Part shown: piece by piece, positions 1 through 11,300 of the stretch
Position numbering within the stretch: position 1 is the first letter of the stretch
How the letters are laid out: the number at the start of each line of letters is the position of its first letter
Origin: Thermoplasmata archaeon
GTDB taxonomy: Archaea; Thermoplasmatota; Thermoplasmata; RBG-16-68-12; JAFNFQ01
NCBI GenBank assembly: GCA_041489255.1
Contig: JBGPQV010000008.1
Coordinates: 1 to 64,000, forward strand
Length of the DNA: 64,000 nt
Reading direction: 5' to 3'
Program-made: the position numbers and the translations under genes
The notes under the pieces: generated by a model
What the model was told of the DNA's origin: nothing
Seen by the model: the letters and a program-made list of their open reading frames with translations, nothing else
The model's database searches: none

Positions 1-211
1 CAGGCGTGCGTCCACCGGAGGACGAAGGCGACGCCGATCCAGAGGGAGGGTGGCACCGAGGATTCCTCGTGGTTCCTCCGGTTCGTCCACGCCTTCGGGT
101 TGGAAGACGTCCTCATCCCAATGGCGGTGACGCGACCGTGACTTCCTCACACATGGACAAGTCTATGTATCCTCAACACTCCCCGCTTGTTCAGATATTG
201 CCAACTGTTTT

Positions 212-922
212 ATGTTGAGTGCTTCGTTGTTGGGTGGAAACACACTCTTATCTGTGGGCGATAGGGAGTTTGACAGGGTTCGTCAGGGACTCAAGGACGG
301 CGATTTCACTTCGCTGCGCAATGCATTCTGGCTTTACGATGAGTGGCGAAGTCAGTTTGAAAAAGAAGCCGGGATTGCCATCATCTACAACACGAGAGTC
401 TTGGACGTCATGTTGGAGTTCGCAGGGATTCTCCACGACTCGCCCTATCATAGACCCATGATGATCTACTATGACTCGCTTGTTGGACGTGACCGGGGAG
501 ACTGGCTATCAGCCAGTGTTCTTGCTTGGATAGCTGTGGAAGGTGTGCTTGATGTCGAGCTAGATTTGTATTCAAAGGAGTTGCTCGCCCATCCGGATGC
601 TCAGAGGGCGTTGAGGGAGGATTGGAGCACCAAAAGGATCATCGACTTGATGCTCCAAGAGGTGAAATCGGGGACATTCACGGACGATAACAACCCACGC
701 AGATTCGACCGGTCGAAACTAGAGGAAGCTGACAGACTTCGGGTTTTGCGCAATAAGTACATTCATGAGGGTCGTCGTCCAACTAAGAGCGAGGCCATGG
801 AATTCGTGGACTTAGGCACGCAGGCCATGTGGAGGTTCTTTCGTCTGTCCGGTGTTGACTATGAACACTACCTCACAAGAGCAAACGCTGCTCGGGGAAC
901 GGCTCTTAAGGAACCGCCATGA
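212..922 (+). CDS. HEPN-domain protein (putative RNase effector)
   Basis: C-terminal helical region with an RxxxxH motif (LRNKYIHEG) and an upstream helix Glu (WIAVEGV). It sits directly upstream of a SIR2 gene. Start codon is uncertain. Confidence 0.6.
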   Translation: MLSASLLGGNTLLSVGDREFDRVRQGLKDGDFTSLRNAFWLYDEWRSQFEKEAGIAIIYNTRVLDVMLEFAGILHDSPYHRPMMIYYDSLVGRDRGDWLSASVLAWIAVEGVLDVELDLYSKELLAHPDAQRALREDWSTKRIIDLMLQEVKSGTFTDDNNPRRFDRSKLEEADRLRVLRNKYIHEGRRPTKSEAMEFVDLGTQAMWRFFRLSGVDYEHYLTRANAARGTALKEPP

Positions 923-970
923 AGTCCTCACTCCCAATGAGCTTTTAACGTCGAAGGGGATGCCTATCTC

Positions 971-2710
971 ATGTCGCAGTCAGGTGATGCCACTAAGGAG
1001 GAGAAGCCGCTCGCCCTTGTAGTATTCCTTGGGGCAGGGGCATCAAGAAAAGCAGATGTTTGGACGACACGCGAGTTCGTCACGAGGTTTCACGAGAACC
1101 TAAAGCAGAATCTCGGGGGACTACCTGCGCGGTTCCGACCGTTCTTCGACGCACTTCGTCCTCCACACGACGATGTGGAAGCTCTGCTCAAGCTTCTACA
1201 CCAGCACATCGATCTTGAGACAGAACCCATGGGAAGAACCGTTCAAAGAGAGAAGTCAATCACCACCAGTGCAGCAATCGATCTGAGAGACCTACTCCTG
1301 GACTACATCCATCACGTGTGCTACGTCTCTGCTGACAAAATCGACTATTTGCGACCCCTATCGAGATTAACCTGGTACTGCGGCGGCGGGCCACTCGAGG
1401 TCTTCACGGCTAATTACGACACGGCCATCGAGGTCTATTGCTTCAAGAATGGCATCGAGTTCAACAATGGTTTTCAAAGAACATGGCTGCCCGACAGTCT
1501 GGACAGGGACGAGGGCGTCGCCTTGAAGCTCTACAAGTTGCACGGATCGGCCACGTGGTGGCTGTCAAAGGAAGGCAGATTAGTGGAAGTTCCTGTTCAA
1601 TGGAAATCACGGGATGTGACAACGTACTATGGGTCTCAGGCGGAGAGCCTTGTTGTTTATCCTTACGACCCGAGCAAGAAAATACCGATTTCCACCTTAG
1701 ACCTGCTTCCGATGTTGCGCAACCGCTTAAAGCGTGCAAAATTGGCTTTGGTGGTGGGATACTCCTTCAGGGATCCAGATGTCAGAGAGATATTCCTTGA
1801 TGCAGCTCAGAAGAATCCGGATTTCTTCATAGTTCTTGTTTCTCCTGAGGCTCACACGATCTACGAGAATTGGCTGGCAAGAACCGCCAGTGGTGGACCC
1901 TCTCAGCTGAAGGGTAGAGTCGTTTGTCTCCCCTTCTTCTTCGAGAAAGTCTTTGGCCAACTCGTCGATGGCTATTTGATGCCACTCAGGCAGGGACGGG
2001 AGAGATATTGGCTCGCTAAGAGTTATGAAACTGCCATTGGAAAAACGCCCTCTCTCGCGGAGAGTCAGGACCTCCAATACACATTGATGCTCGCAGCCCA
2101 GGCGGGTCATTTCGAGAGGGTGGTTGAAATCTTGACACGTCACGAAACCAAGAAGGCAGAGTGGACTCTCTTCATTGATGTTTTGCCGATTTCCTACGTG
2201 ATGGCCGCATTGTGCGGAGCATCCGAGGAGGAGCAGTTCCTGCGCACAAGAATCGCCCCCACACTGGAATCGATGCCAATGAACGTTCAGCTGAGTCCTC
2301 AGGAGAGGATAGCAAACGGATGGAAGGCGACTGGCAAAATGTCAATGGACATGCCAAGAATAATGGCGCTGAGAAGAGATGATCTTAGTTCCAAGCTTAG
2401 AGAACTGTCGAAACGACTAGGGGATGTATGTGCCATGGCGCCGGAGGATAGAATGACAGAGAGCATCCGCAAGCTCATTTCAGCGCTGCATGCCTGCGCA
2501 GGCTACCTAGATGAGCGTTGGCCGGGTCATGATTTCATTCCGGTTGAGAAAGTAGTGGAAGATGGGTGCAGACGCAACGCGGAGTGGAATGTCATTCGAG
2601 ACCAGCTCTCAACCGTGGGTGAAGTTGCAAGCAATGAACTGCTCGAGGAAATGAGACAATGCGAGAGCAGGACCTTCCTTAACGTTCTGAGGAATCACTG
2701 GCGAGAATAG
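971..2710 (+). CDS. SIR2-like (defence-type) NADase domain protein with C-terminal helical extension
   Basis: Motifs VFLGAGAS, FTANYD, YKLHGS and VVGYSFRD are typical of SIR2_2 proteins. About 250 aa of unassigned C-terminal sequence follows. Confidence 0.85.
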   Translation: MSQSGDATKEEKPLALVVFLGAGASRKADVWTTREFVTRFHENLKQNLGGLPARFRPFFDALRPPHDDVEALLKLLHQHIDLETEPMGRTVQREKSITTSAAIDLRDLLLDYIHHVCYVSADKIDYLRPLSRLTWYCGGGPLEVFTANYDTAIEVYCFKNGIEFNNGFQRTWLPDSLDRDEGVALKLYKLHGSATWWLSKEGRLVEVPVQWKSRDVTTYYGSQAESLVVYPYDPSKKIPISTLDLLPMLRNRLKRAKLALVVGYSFRDPDVREIFLDAAQKNPDFFIVLVSPEAHTIYENWLARTASGGPSQLKGRVVCLPFFFEKVFGQLVDGYLMPLRQGRERYWLAKSYETAIGKTPSLAESQDLQYTLMLAAQAGHFERVVEILTRHETKKAEWTLFIDVLPISYVMAALCGASEEEQFLRTRIAPTLESMPMNVQLSPQERIANGWKATGKMSMDMPRIMALRRDDLSSKLRELSKRLGDVCAMAPEDRMTESIRKLISALHACAGYLDERWPGHDFIPVEKVVEDGCRRNAEWNVIRDQLSTVGEVASNELLEEMRQCESRTFLNVLRNHWRE

Positions 2711-2951
2711 TCACGAAGAAATGCCCGTCAATTAGGATTGGCTGGAAATATTGTCGGCCGTGCCCTCGCTGGCCGTCGACATCTATTCGTTCAGACCGTT
2801 ACTGCCGTCGTTTCTTGGATGTTCGGTTTCGGCGCCAGGTTCGTCGTCAAAGACAATGACGGAGTCGCTTACCATGTCGCACGTACATACTGCTCATAGG
2901 TTCATAAGTGGTGGCTCGGCGAACCGAGGAGCCCGTGGACCACGCGTACGC

Positions 2952-3212
2952 ATGGTCCGGCAGCTCTCCGATAATGTGGTGACTGGCGGGGTGCCGCTCG
3001 TCTTCGTCCCGGTCCGCGTGCTCCTCGAGCTAATCGCGCTGAAGGTCTGGAACCCGTCGCTCGTGAACGCGCAGACGCTGCGGCGGCTGTTCGGGACGAC
3101 CCGGCTGCGGTCCCGGGAGACGGTGGAGGAGTGGGCCGCGGAGTACGACGCGGACCGCATCGACCTCACCCGACTCTTCCGAGCGATGACAGAGCGCCGG
3201 AATTCGTCCTAA
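2952..3212 (+). CDS. small hypothetical protein or gene remnant
   Basis: ATG at 2952. The GC3-rich, protein-like 86-aa frame contrasts with its neighbours. No motif recognised. Confidence 0.35.
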   Translation: MVRQLSDNVVTGGVPLVFVPVRVLLELIALKVWNPSLVNAQTLRRLFGTTRLRSRETVEEWAAEYDADRIDLTRLFRAMTERRNSS

Positions 3213-3266
3213 TCGACATCTTCCCGGTCTCTTTCTGCTTCTCCCGTGACCCAACGACATGGACAC

Positions 3267-6119
3267 CTAGACGGGGGGCGGCGAGTAGACTTCCTGGATG
3301 ATGTCGTTCACCGCACCGACAATCTCCTTCCTGACTGCTAGGACCGACTCCCTTGGCATGACGCCGCGATGAGCTGATGGATTCCTGTGCCGACTGATAA
3401 CCGCGCACGCGCGATTGACAACACGTAGGTCTTTGCTCTTCAATCGCGCTTTAACCTCTCTCAGGAAACCTTCGTATACGGGATTGCTTGGATGCTTCCT
3501 TGAATCTTTGCCGATTCTGGCCCATCCACCAACGCCGATTGACTTTCCATCACTCATCAGAAGGTCTCTCACGGGCGGGGGAAGGGAGTCGGGACCTTTC
3601 CGTGCATTCAGGTGCTTGTCGAGCGTGCTGCCTCGGTAGATTGACTTGACTGTGTCGCAAGCCGGCTGCCCCACGCGCGTGTGCAGCATCGCTTCGACGG
3701 CCTTGCCGTACTCAACTAGGCTCAAAGAGTAGTCAAAGGACCCAAGCGTGTTGAGTTCCTCGAGGGACCTGACGGCGAGCATCTCCCCCGACCTCAGCAA
3801 GACGGAAACCTCGGGATCATCAATCGTGTTGAAACTGATCACCTCCTTGGCGAGGGCTTCATACCTCTTCGACATCAGGAGCAACAAAGGGTCGCCTGGA
3901 TGGCGGTCGAGGGAAACACGAATCGTGTCGGACGCCCGTTTGAAGTCGAGGGTCCATGCATAGGAATCTGCCAATACAAGTCGAGCCTCGTCGGAGTCCC
4001 AGATAGCGATTGAACTGTCCAGAACCGCGATCGCTTCGTCGAATCTCCCCCAGCGCGAAAGAATCGTGCCTCTCTGAACAAGGGCCATCGCATTCGACTG
4101 CGGAGAAAGGTTGAGTTTGAATAGCCCGTCGAAGCACTCAAGCGACGCATCCAAGAACCCCAATGCCGAGAAACGCTCACCGAGAATGTTAAGGACGTGG
4201 GCACGCGCATTCGGATCACTTATGGCTCGTGAAATCTCCTCCATCAGCTTGCGGGTGAACTCCTCTCCTTTCATCCGGAGAAGTTCACTCAATGCGTGAT
4301 TCCAAAGACTGGTGAAATATTCCTTCTCGGCCAAAACCTCCACGCACCTAACGAGTGACCTCTGGAGATATTCCCGCCCAAGACTCTCATTCCCGCCTGC
4401 GAATTCGATGAGGCCCCTGTAGGCAAGTCCGGACACGCTCTTGGTCTCGGGAACGAGAGACGCGTCGAAGGCGGCTTTGCTTTCCGCCAACCTGTCTTCG
4501 AGGTACAGAAGCTCTGCGACATCAAGAGAATGCTCCTTGAGATCCTGCAGGCGAGCACACTTTGCATGCCACTCCCTCGCCCTCGTGAACTGGAACATGA
4601 GGAATGATGCCAAAGCCCGCTGCCTAAAGCCTCGAATCTCGTCATCCAGGTCTATTGCTGCAAGCCTGGAAACATTGCACTTGCCGTTGGGCAGACAGAA
4701 TTCCGGATTGTTGAGCACAATGATTCGCATCAGAGCCGCTTCTTTCGCTTGCTGCCGCTCGTCGAGGCCGTCAAGCGCTTCGGCCAAGTACCGCAGCTCC
4801 TTGTCATAGTCTCCAATCCTGCGATGTGCACAAGCGAGGTTCCACAGAACAGCAGCCTTCTCGCGTAGGGCCATCCCCGCAGAAATCAAGAGACATTTTT
4901 CGAAGTGCTCGTTGCCCTTTTGCAGATCGCCAGCTCGATGGGCCATCTCCCCGATGTTCTTGTGAGCGATGGCAGTCGCATACGACGAGTTGGGGAAACC
5001 ACCTCCCCCGGCAATCTCAAGATCCTTCTCGTATAGCCTCTGAGCCTCGCCGAACTCCATGAGCTGTCGCATGGCTGTCGCTGCTCCATCAGCACAAACG
5101 TGGAGGACTTCTTTGGAATCTGATCTGCTGAGACAGAATTCGTAGAATTCTTTTGCCTCATGGTAGAAATGATTTGCGAACAGGCCTTGGGCGACGGCGA
5201 TGATCCCCTCATCCGGCAGCTCTTCAAGATAGTGCGAGACTTGTTCTTTTTCTATCTCGAAATGATAGAACGCATTCAGGGTCCCGATTTTCTCACCGAG
5301 GGGCAACGAGGTGAACCAAGTCACAGCGGCAATAGACTCAGCATTGTTGAGGTACTTGTTCCACTTCATGGGGTCGCCCTTGCTCACCTCTCCTAGGCTC
5401 GAATCCAACTCATCGAGAGCTTTCAGAAAGAAGCGGGCTATGTCCATCTTCTCGAATACGAGCATGTTCGCGATGGCCACAGCGGGAGTCGATTCTGCGA
5501 AGTACAGCCTAGAATACTTGACATTCAGCGTCATGAAACCCGCGAGTTCCAAATGCCATTTCCCGTGGTATCCAAGTCCCTCGTAGAGCTCGTGTCCGGT
5601 GAAGAGAAAGTCCGCGTTGAAGAGGCCGGTCGCCATCTCCGTCGCGAACCAATTGACAGACGCGAGTTCATCATCGTCCCCTACTTCCAAGGCCCTGTCA
5701 GCGCGCCACTTGAGGTATTCAACCGCCTTCTTGCGGTTCTCCTCGAATCCTTTCAGCATCGCGGTTAGCCCCTCAAAGGGCAAGACCGTCATGATGGGCC
5801 CTGTTGCGAAATCCTGTCGGCCCTTCGATGCCTCAATGGAATCCGCCAGAAAAATCTCACGCTCCTCGGAAGAGTCCAGCAAGTTGTAGGCCTGAGCTAT
5901 GTACCTCTTCGCCCTCGACAGCACGTCCTGTCTTTTCCTCAGCTGGTTGACGACATGCCTGCTGAACCCCGGGTCCCGAACTCTACGCAGGAGGAAGAGA
6001 TTCCTAAGCGTCATTTCCCTACTCAGTACTTCCCTTTCCTCCTTGTTTGAGGCGAGAATCTCGCGTCTCGAGAACTTCCCATACGAGATTTCGAAATCTT
6101 CCCAGAGGGTATCCGTCAA
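3267..6119 (-). CDS. TPR-repeat protein with C-terminal HEPN-like domain
   Basis: Many TPR-like helices (e.g. AIAHKNIGEMAHRAGDLQKGNEHFEKCL). The C-terminus has DYSLSLVEYGKAVEAML and an RxxxxH motif (RNPSAH). Confidence 0.75.
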   Translation of the reverse strand: MTDTLWEDFEISYGKFSRREILASNKEEREVLSREMTLRNLFLLRRVRDPGFSRHVVNQLRKRQDVLSRAKRYIAQAYNLLDSSEEREIFLADSIEASKGRQDFATGPIMTVLPFEGLTAMLKGFEENRKKAVEYLKWRADRALEVGDDDELASVNWFATEMATGLFNADFLFTGHELYEGLGYHGKWHLELAGFMTLNVKYSRLYFAESTPAVAIANMLVFEKMDIARFFLKALDELDSSLGEVSKGDPMKWNKYLNNAESIAAVTWFTSLPLGEKIGTLNAFYHFEIEKEQVSHYLEELPDEGIIAVAQGLFANHFYHEAKEFYEFCLSRSDSKEVLHVCADGAATAMRQLMEFGEAQRLYEKDLEIAGGGGFPNSSYATAIAHKNIGEMAHRAGDLQKGNEHFEKCLLISAGMALREKAAVLWNLACAHRRIGDYDKELRYLAEALDGLDERQQAKEAALMRIIVLNNPEFCLPNGKCNVSRLAAIDLDDEIRGFRQRALASFLMFQFTRAREWHAKCARLQDLKEHSLDVAELLYLEDRLAESKAAFDASLVPETKSVSGLAYRGLIEFAGGNESLGREYLQRSLVRCVEVLAEKEYFTSLWNHALSELLRMKGEEFTRKLMEEISRAISDPNARAHVLNILGERFSALGFLDASLECFDGLFKLNLSPQSNAMALVQRGTILSRWGRFDEAIAVLDSSIAIWDSDEARLVLADSYAWTLDFKRASDTIRVSLDRHPGDPLLLLMSKRYEALAKEVISFNTIDDPEVSVLLRSGEMLAVRSLEELNTLGSFDYSLSLVEYGKAVEAMLHTRVGQPACDTVKSIYRGSTLDKHLNARKGPDSLPPPVRDLLMSDGKSIGVGGWARIGKDSRKHPSNPVYEGFLREVKARLKSKDLRVVNRACAVISRHRNPSAHRGVMPRESVLAVRKEIVGAVNDIIQEVYSPPPV

Positions 6120-6548
6120 TCTCTTGATTCGTTTATCATCTGGGGACAGCAGCTATCCCCCCACCTCGTCTGCGCATCCTCGTGGTGCTTCCCCGCGAAA
6201 GACGCCTAGGTCCTGGAGGTCGAGCGTGGCGTATCCGACCGCAGGATAGACATGCAAGGGTTTCCGGCAATCCACGCCGACCAGATTGTAGCGGCGTGAG
6301 CTCCGGAACCAACTGCAGGCATTCGTCCCGAGGAACCCAAAGGAACCCGTAACTGGCGTCCTCACGAAGAGCTTCCTCCCCAAGTGGGGTCAAGGAAATA
6401 GGGCCTGGTTCTTAAAGCACTTCGCAGGTCGGACAACCCTTCATTATCTTCCGATACCTTGCAATCGCCTTGACGAATTGGTTCCGATAGAGACGGAGCA
6501 ATTTCTGATCCTCGTCCATTCGCGGCCGATTGTGCGCAATCTTACTCC

Positions 6549-7778
6549 TTATTGGTGGATTCCGGCCCCGTGTCTCGGTAGGATTTCCACCTCTCTGCTG
6601 TGTAGACGCACCGTGGGTCTCGTGTTGATCGACGCGCATGCTACGGCGAGGGCCAGCAGAGAGGCCGACGTTCTGATGGGGAGATCGAGCGGCGGCTTGG
6701 CGTCAGCGTCCTTACCACCACTCACCCAGTGGCCAGTCAGACTGGATTCCAACACTTCCCTAGGAATCATCACACCTCCCCACCTCTCCCTCGGCAGCGT
6801 CCTTTCGACCATCGTTTCGACCATGGAGAGAATGTCCATAGGCGAGACGCCCCGCTCCGAGCGCCCCGTCCATCTCTCCTGCAGCGCGTAGGCGTCCGAC
6901 AACTCCTCAGAAGCGAGGCTCGCCTCCCGTAGAAGGCGCGATACTGACGCCTGGAGGGTCGCCTTGTCACTCACTTTCTCATAGGCCTTCTCAATCAACT
7001 CCAGGGCAGTTTGCCTCGGGACTTCATAACATCGGTATTCCTTCGCGTAGCCGAGGTACAGCCGTGTCACCCAGCCGACCTGAAGCTCAGATGACGAGCC
7101 GTCCCGAGCCCGGTCCAGTCGCGCTATTACGTTCCCGAGCTCGACACGACACTCGTGCCTCCAGTCTACCTTCACGAACCCTCGAAAACGACGAGCTATG
7201 GAATACCTGTGCTTTCTCCTGGGGGAATAGTTTACCGGCGGCGGCGCCTCGGGACTTCGAAAGATTCTGGGGGAACGCCGCACTGGAAGACCTTCCTCCT
7301 TGAGGATAGCGTTCGCTAGCGTCCGGGACAACGGAGGCGGCACAGCGTTTCCTACGAGCGAGTCTTTTGCGGTCATGGCCCTGGCCCAGAACTGATAGGT
7401 CGTCGGGAAGCCCTGGAGCGTGGCGCACTCACGAACAGTCAGCGCCCGGAGAGCATCGGCGTCCTTGCGGTGGTGCGGGCACTTGAACACAATCGTGGAC
7501 CGGGAGGTCTTCGTACGTGTGGCCGTGATGGTCCTGCTCGGACGGTTCAGGCGATCCGGCCAGTCCATCAGCCCCCCGTAGTAGTGTTCCTGCTTTTGCG
7601 TCCTGCAGCATTCCAACTCTTCGGCCGTCAGCTTGCGTCGCTGATCCTCGAAGTGGTCCGTAAGGGTTGCTGCGGCCGCGACGACTGCTGGGTATTTGGT
7701 GTTCTCGGTCTCCGTCGATGAAGGGATTCCCATCCTGCCCGAACGTCTAAGGATAACCCATCTGCGTGGGTCCATCAC
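6549..7778 (-). pseudogene. 5'-truncated C5 cytosine DNA methyltransferase (TRD end, motifs IX-X, C-terminal extension)
   Basis: PSRTITA, RALTVRECATLQGFP (motif IX) and LVGNAVPP (motif X) are present. Motif I (FxGxG) and the catalytic PC motif are absent, and I found no upstream continuation. Confidence 0.75.
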
Positions 7779-7923
7779 CCACCCCTTCGGAGTAGCGTTA
7801 GGATAGATTGCCCAGAACTTGTCAGGACGTGCTGACCTAATCGTATCAGAGTTTCTCGAGAATTGGCTGCATTCATTCCTCAGATATGTTGGCTTTCGTC
7901 CACCATAGACAGCGGAACGACAC

Positions 7924-8298
7924 TCACTCTGCTTCGCATATATATCCTAGAGCGAAATAGACGGTTTGGGAAGGATCGAACTCATGGGTCACTGGGTCAA
8001 CGGGCGAAATTACGTTCGCTATTCCTACCCTCACGAGATTCTCCTTCCCCCTGAGGATATCACTCAGTGAAGTTCCCCCCAACCTGGGCCACACAATCAG
8101 ATTCTGCAGTGTCCATTTTGTGTTGGTACTTGCATGCAGGCACTCGACCGGCGAGTCGAGTTGAACCAGATACTGATTTCCGCTGTCCGCACCAGTAAGT
8201 CGACGCAGAATGGTTCCGGGGGGGAGTTTCGGTGGCTCTGGTGTGCCGTCTTCATCGATGACCAGATGGAACCGTCGTCCCGCCAACTCCACGTTCAT
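7924..8298 (-). CDS. putative immunity protein of the RHS toxin
   Basis: 124-aa ORF (MNVELAGRRF...). Its AGGAGG SD (8305-8310) overlaps the RHS stop codon, the classic toxin-immunity arrangement. Confidence 0.6.
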   Translation of the reverse strand: MNVELAGRRFHLVIDEDGTPEPPKLPPGTILRRLTGADSGNQYLVQLDSPVECLHASTNTKWTLQNLIVWPRLGGTSLSDILRGKENLVRVGIANVISPVDPVTHEFDPSQTVYFALGYICEAE

Positions 8299-8309
8299 GT
8301 TCAGCCTCC

Positions 8310-11300
8310 TCAGGTTCCGAATGGCTCCCACGGCCCTGTAATGTAGATGCTCCTATCGGCAACTATCCACTCAACGGCGCCTGTGGGTACATAATTCTTG
8401 GTCAATACTGGGCCAATCGTGACCGTCGTACCTCTCGGAATCGTAATCGACCGGACGTATAAGGCCTTGTTATAATCAGGGAGTTGGAGTGCCGATTGGG
8501 CTTCAGTTGGCGCACCATATCGAGTCGGAGTTGACCATTTACTGTTCCAGCCTGGACCGTTTCCGTGTTGGTATCCATGCCAGTCTCTATCGATGACGAC
8601 ATTTGTCGCCACCTCCGGCGCGCTCTCCCCCTTCGCCGCGGCCATCCTCGCCTGGGCGCTCATCCCCATGCTGAAACCCAGCGCCGCGCCCGTCCCTCCG
8701 GCGATCCCTCCCGCGAAGGACGCGGCCTCGAGCCCTTTCGCCGAAGGAGTACCGCCCAAGGCGCTGGTCACCGCCACGTATGACAGGCTGGAGACTATGG
8801 AGCCCATGACGGAGCCCACGACAGCCGCAAGCACAGCGCACCCTATTCCGGCGGTGGCGGCACACACGGCGGCGAAGAGAAGCCCCAGAATTAGCCCACT
8901 CCCGATAGCCGCCACAATCCCAACCAGGAAGCCGACAACTTCCTGCCAGGAGGGATCGCCGGTGGCCCAGCGATATAACGCATCCACGCCCTTTGTCATG
9001 GCACAGAGAATGAACACGACGCAAAACACCGAGTATTTCCAATCGGGGGCGGAAGGACTGCCTGTCCAGTCGGCCCCTGAGACCCAGTCGTGCCCCGTCG
9101 GATCCGTGAAGCTCACGGGGTTGTTGCCCACGTAGGCGTACCTGTTCTGCTTCTGCGGGTTGGAGAGGCTTCCCAGGCGGTCGTCCGCGGAGATGAACCT
9201 GCCGATGACCGGGTCGTACCAGCGGGAGGATAGGTAGTACAGGTTCGGTTCTGACTCGCGGTACTCGCCTGTGTACGAATACTTGGGTTCAGGCGAGCAG
9301 CCATACACGCAGGCTCCGAATGGCCTGTAAACCATCCTTGCGACGAGGCTGCCGGCGGAATTGGTGATCACCCGAGGATTGCCGAGATAGTCGTAACTGT
9401 AGTAGAGTGTCGAGGAGCCCGATATGCTCGCGATCCGCAATCCGCCCACGTAGATGTAGCGGGTCCCGGAACCCTGTGGAGAACCGGTTTCGAAAATCGG
9501 GGAGATGCCGGAGAAGATGTAATATGTGGTAGTGCCCGAAACGACCGACGATACCCTCCTGCCAGCGCCATCATATGTGTAGGTGGCGATGGTGGAACCA
9601 GCCTTCTTGATTTGCTTCAGATCCCCTCTTGGGGACCATGCGAAATCCCACACGACTCCTCCGACAGTCCTCTTCTTGATCTCCCCGCTTGGGCCAACCG
9701 GCGCGTATTCATATTTATCGCCAGCTGAAGCGCAGTTCGTATGATCCACGCTCGAGCCTGTCCGGCACAGTCTCGAGTACGTGGTGTAGGTGTAGTAGGT
9801 CGTGCTCGGGGGATTCGCGAGGAGGTTCGTTTCGGACATCCTGTTGCCCAGCGAATCATAAGTGTAAGAGCGCGACCAGCCCCATGATCCCGTAGCGGAG
9901 GTGCTCTTCAGACGACCGAGCATGTCGTAGTCATAGTTCTCTGTTGTTTGCAGCGCTCCGCCCCAATAAGTCTTGGCCGCTTTCAGGTTCCCAGTTGCGT
10001 CATATTCCGGATACTCCAGCTTCAGCAGCGACCCTCCGCTGTCGGGTACCAATGTCAAACTCGGCTGCCCATTCAAATCATAGTAATAGTAATTCCCTAT
10101 GCCGTTCCCGTAGTCGATGCCGAATATCCCGCCATCCAAGTAATACTCAAGCTTGGCGTAGAAATTGGAGGTTGGAGAACATGTCGTGAGTGGGCTGCTT
10201 GCGGCGGCGCAGACCCTGTTGAATGCGTCGTACCTGTAATACACGGTTCCGCCCCCATTTGGATAGGTCATGGAGACTGTATTGCCTGCAACATCATAGC
10301 CGTAGTATGTGTCAAAGACCCAACCGTTTACGACATATCTTTCCCTCGTCGGGAGGTCCCGGTTGCTATAATCGCGCGTGTAGGTAACGTCGACAGTCCC
10401 GTAATGGATGCCAATGACGTTGCCGTTCCCGTCGTAAGAGTAGCTCTCCTGCGATCCGTCGCTTGAGTAAGTCACCGTCTTGACTCGACCGAGCTGGTCG
10501 TAAGTGTAGGTGACTTGGCTTTGATCTCGCAATACCTTCGTCTTGAGCATCCCAGAGTTGTAATAAGAGAATCCCTCGTGTGTCGAATCGGGATAGTCTG
10601 TCTGGGTCAACCGACCCAGTTCATCATAATGTTGAATGGTGGCCTGGGAAATTCCCCTCGAATCGGAGGGTGTGGTCGCTCTTACGAGATTCCCCGCGTG
10701 GTCGTAAGCGTAAGACCATGTTTGATAGTCGTTGGAACCTGTGTTGAAGAATTCCCTCACCTCGATGAGCCGATTGTTCCAAGCGTAGATGTATTGCGTC
10801 TTCCGGGCTATTACTCCGTTCCTTGAGGTCGTGACGATCTTCGAATTCGCCGCGTCGTCATATGTTACATCTGTCCTTGATATGCCATCAGGGCGTATCA
10901 TCGAGGTAGGTCTACCCAAGAAATCATAGTAGTAGTAATATTGTTTATTGAGGGGGGACACGTATCGCTCCACCTGATCTTGCCAGTTATAGAAGTAAAA
11001 CTCCGTAGAATAGGCGCTGTACATTTCATCCAAGATGAATCCACTGATGCATCTCGCTTGGGCTGACGGCCCTGCATCTCCATACCTCGCTACTTCTGTC
11101 AGTCTCCCCAATGAATCGTAGCACTGCCAGGTCTGGCGTTTCGCATCAGGTTCGTGATAGAGCTCGTCTTTGAGAACCACCAGATTGGCGGGCGTAGTGT
11201 GCGTGTCCCAATACTCGACCGTGGAATATGAGCCATCGGGATTGGTGGTTCTCGTCTTGCGACCCAGTTTGTCATATTGGTATGAATAGCTCTTGCCAGT

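Noticed and set aside
6136-6540. Tiny ORFs between the TPR-HEPN and MTase genes
   Set aside because: Competing frames with no motifs; no call can be supported.
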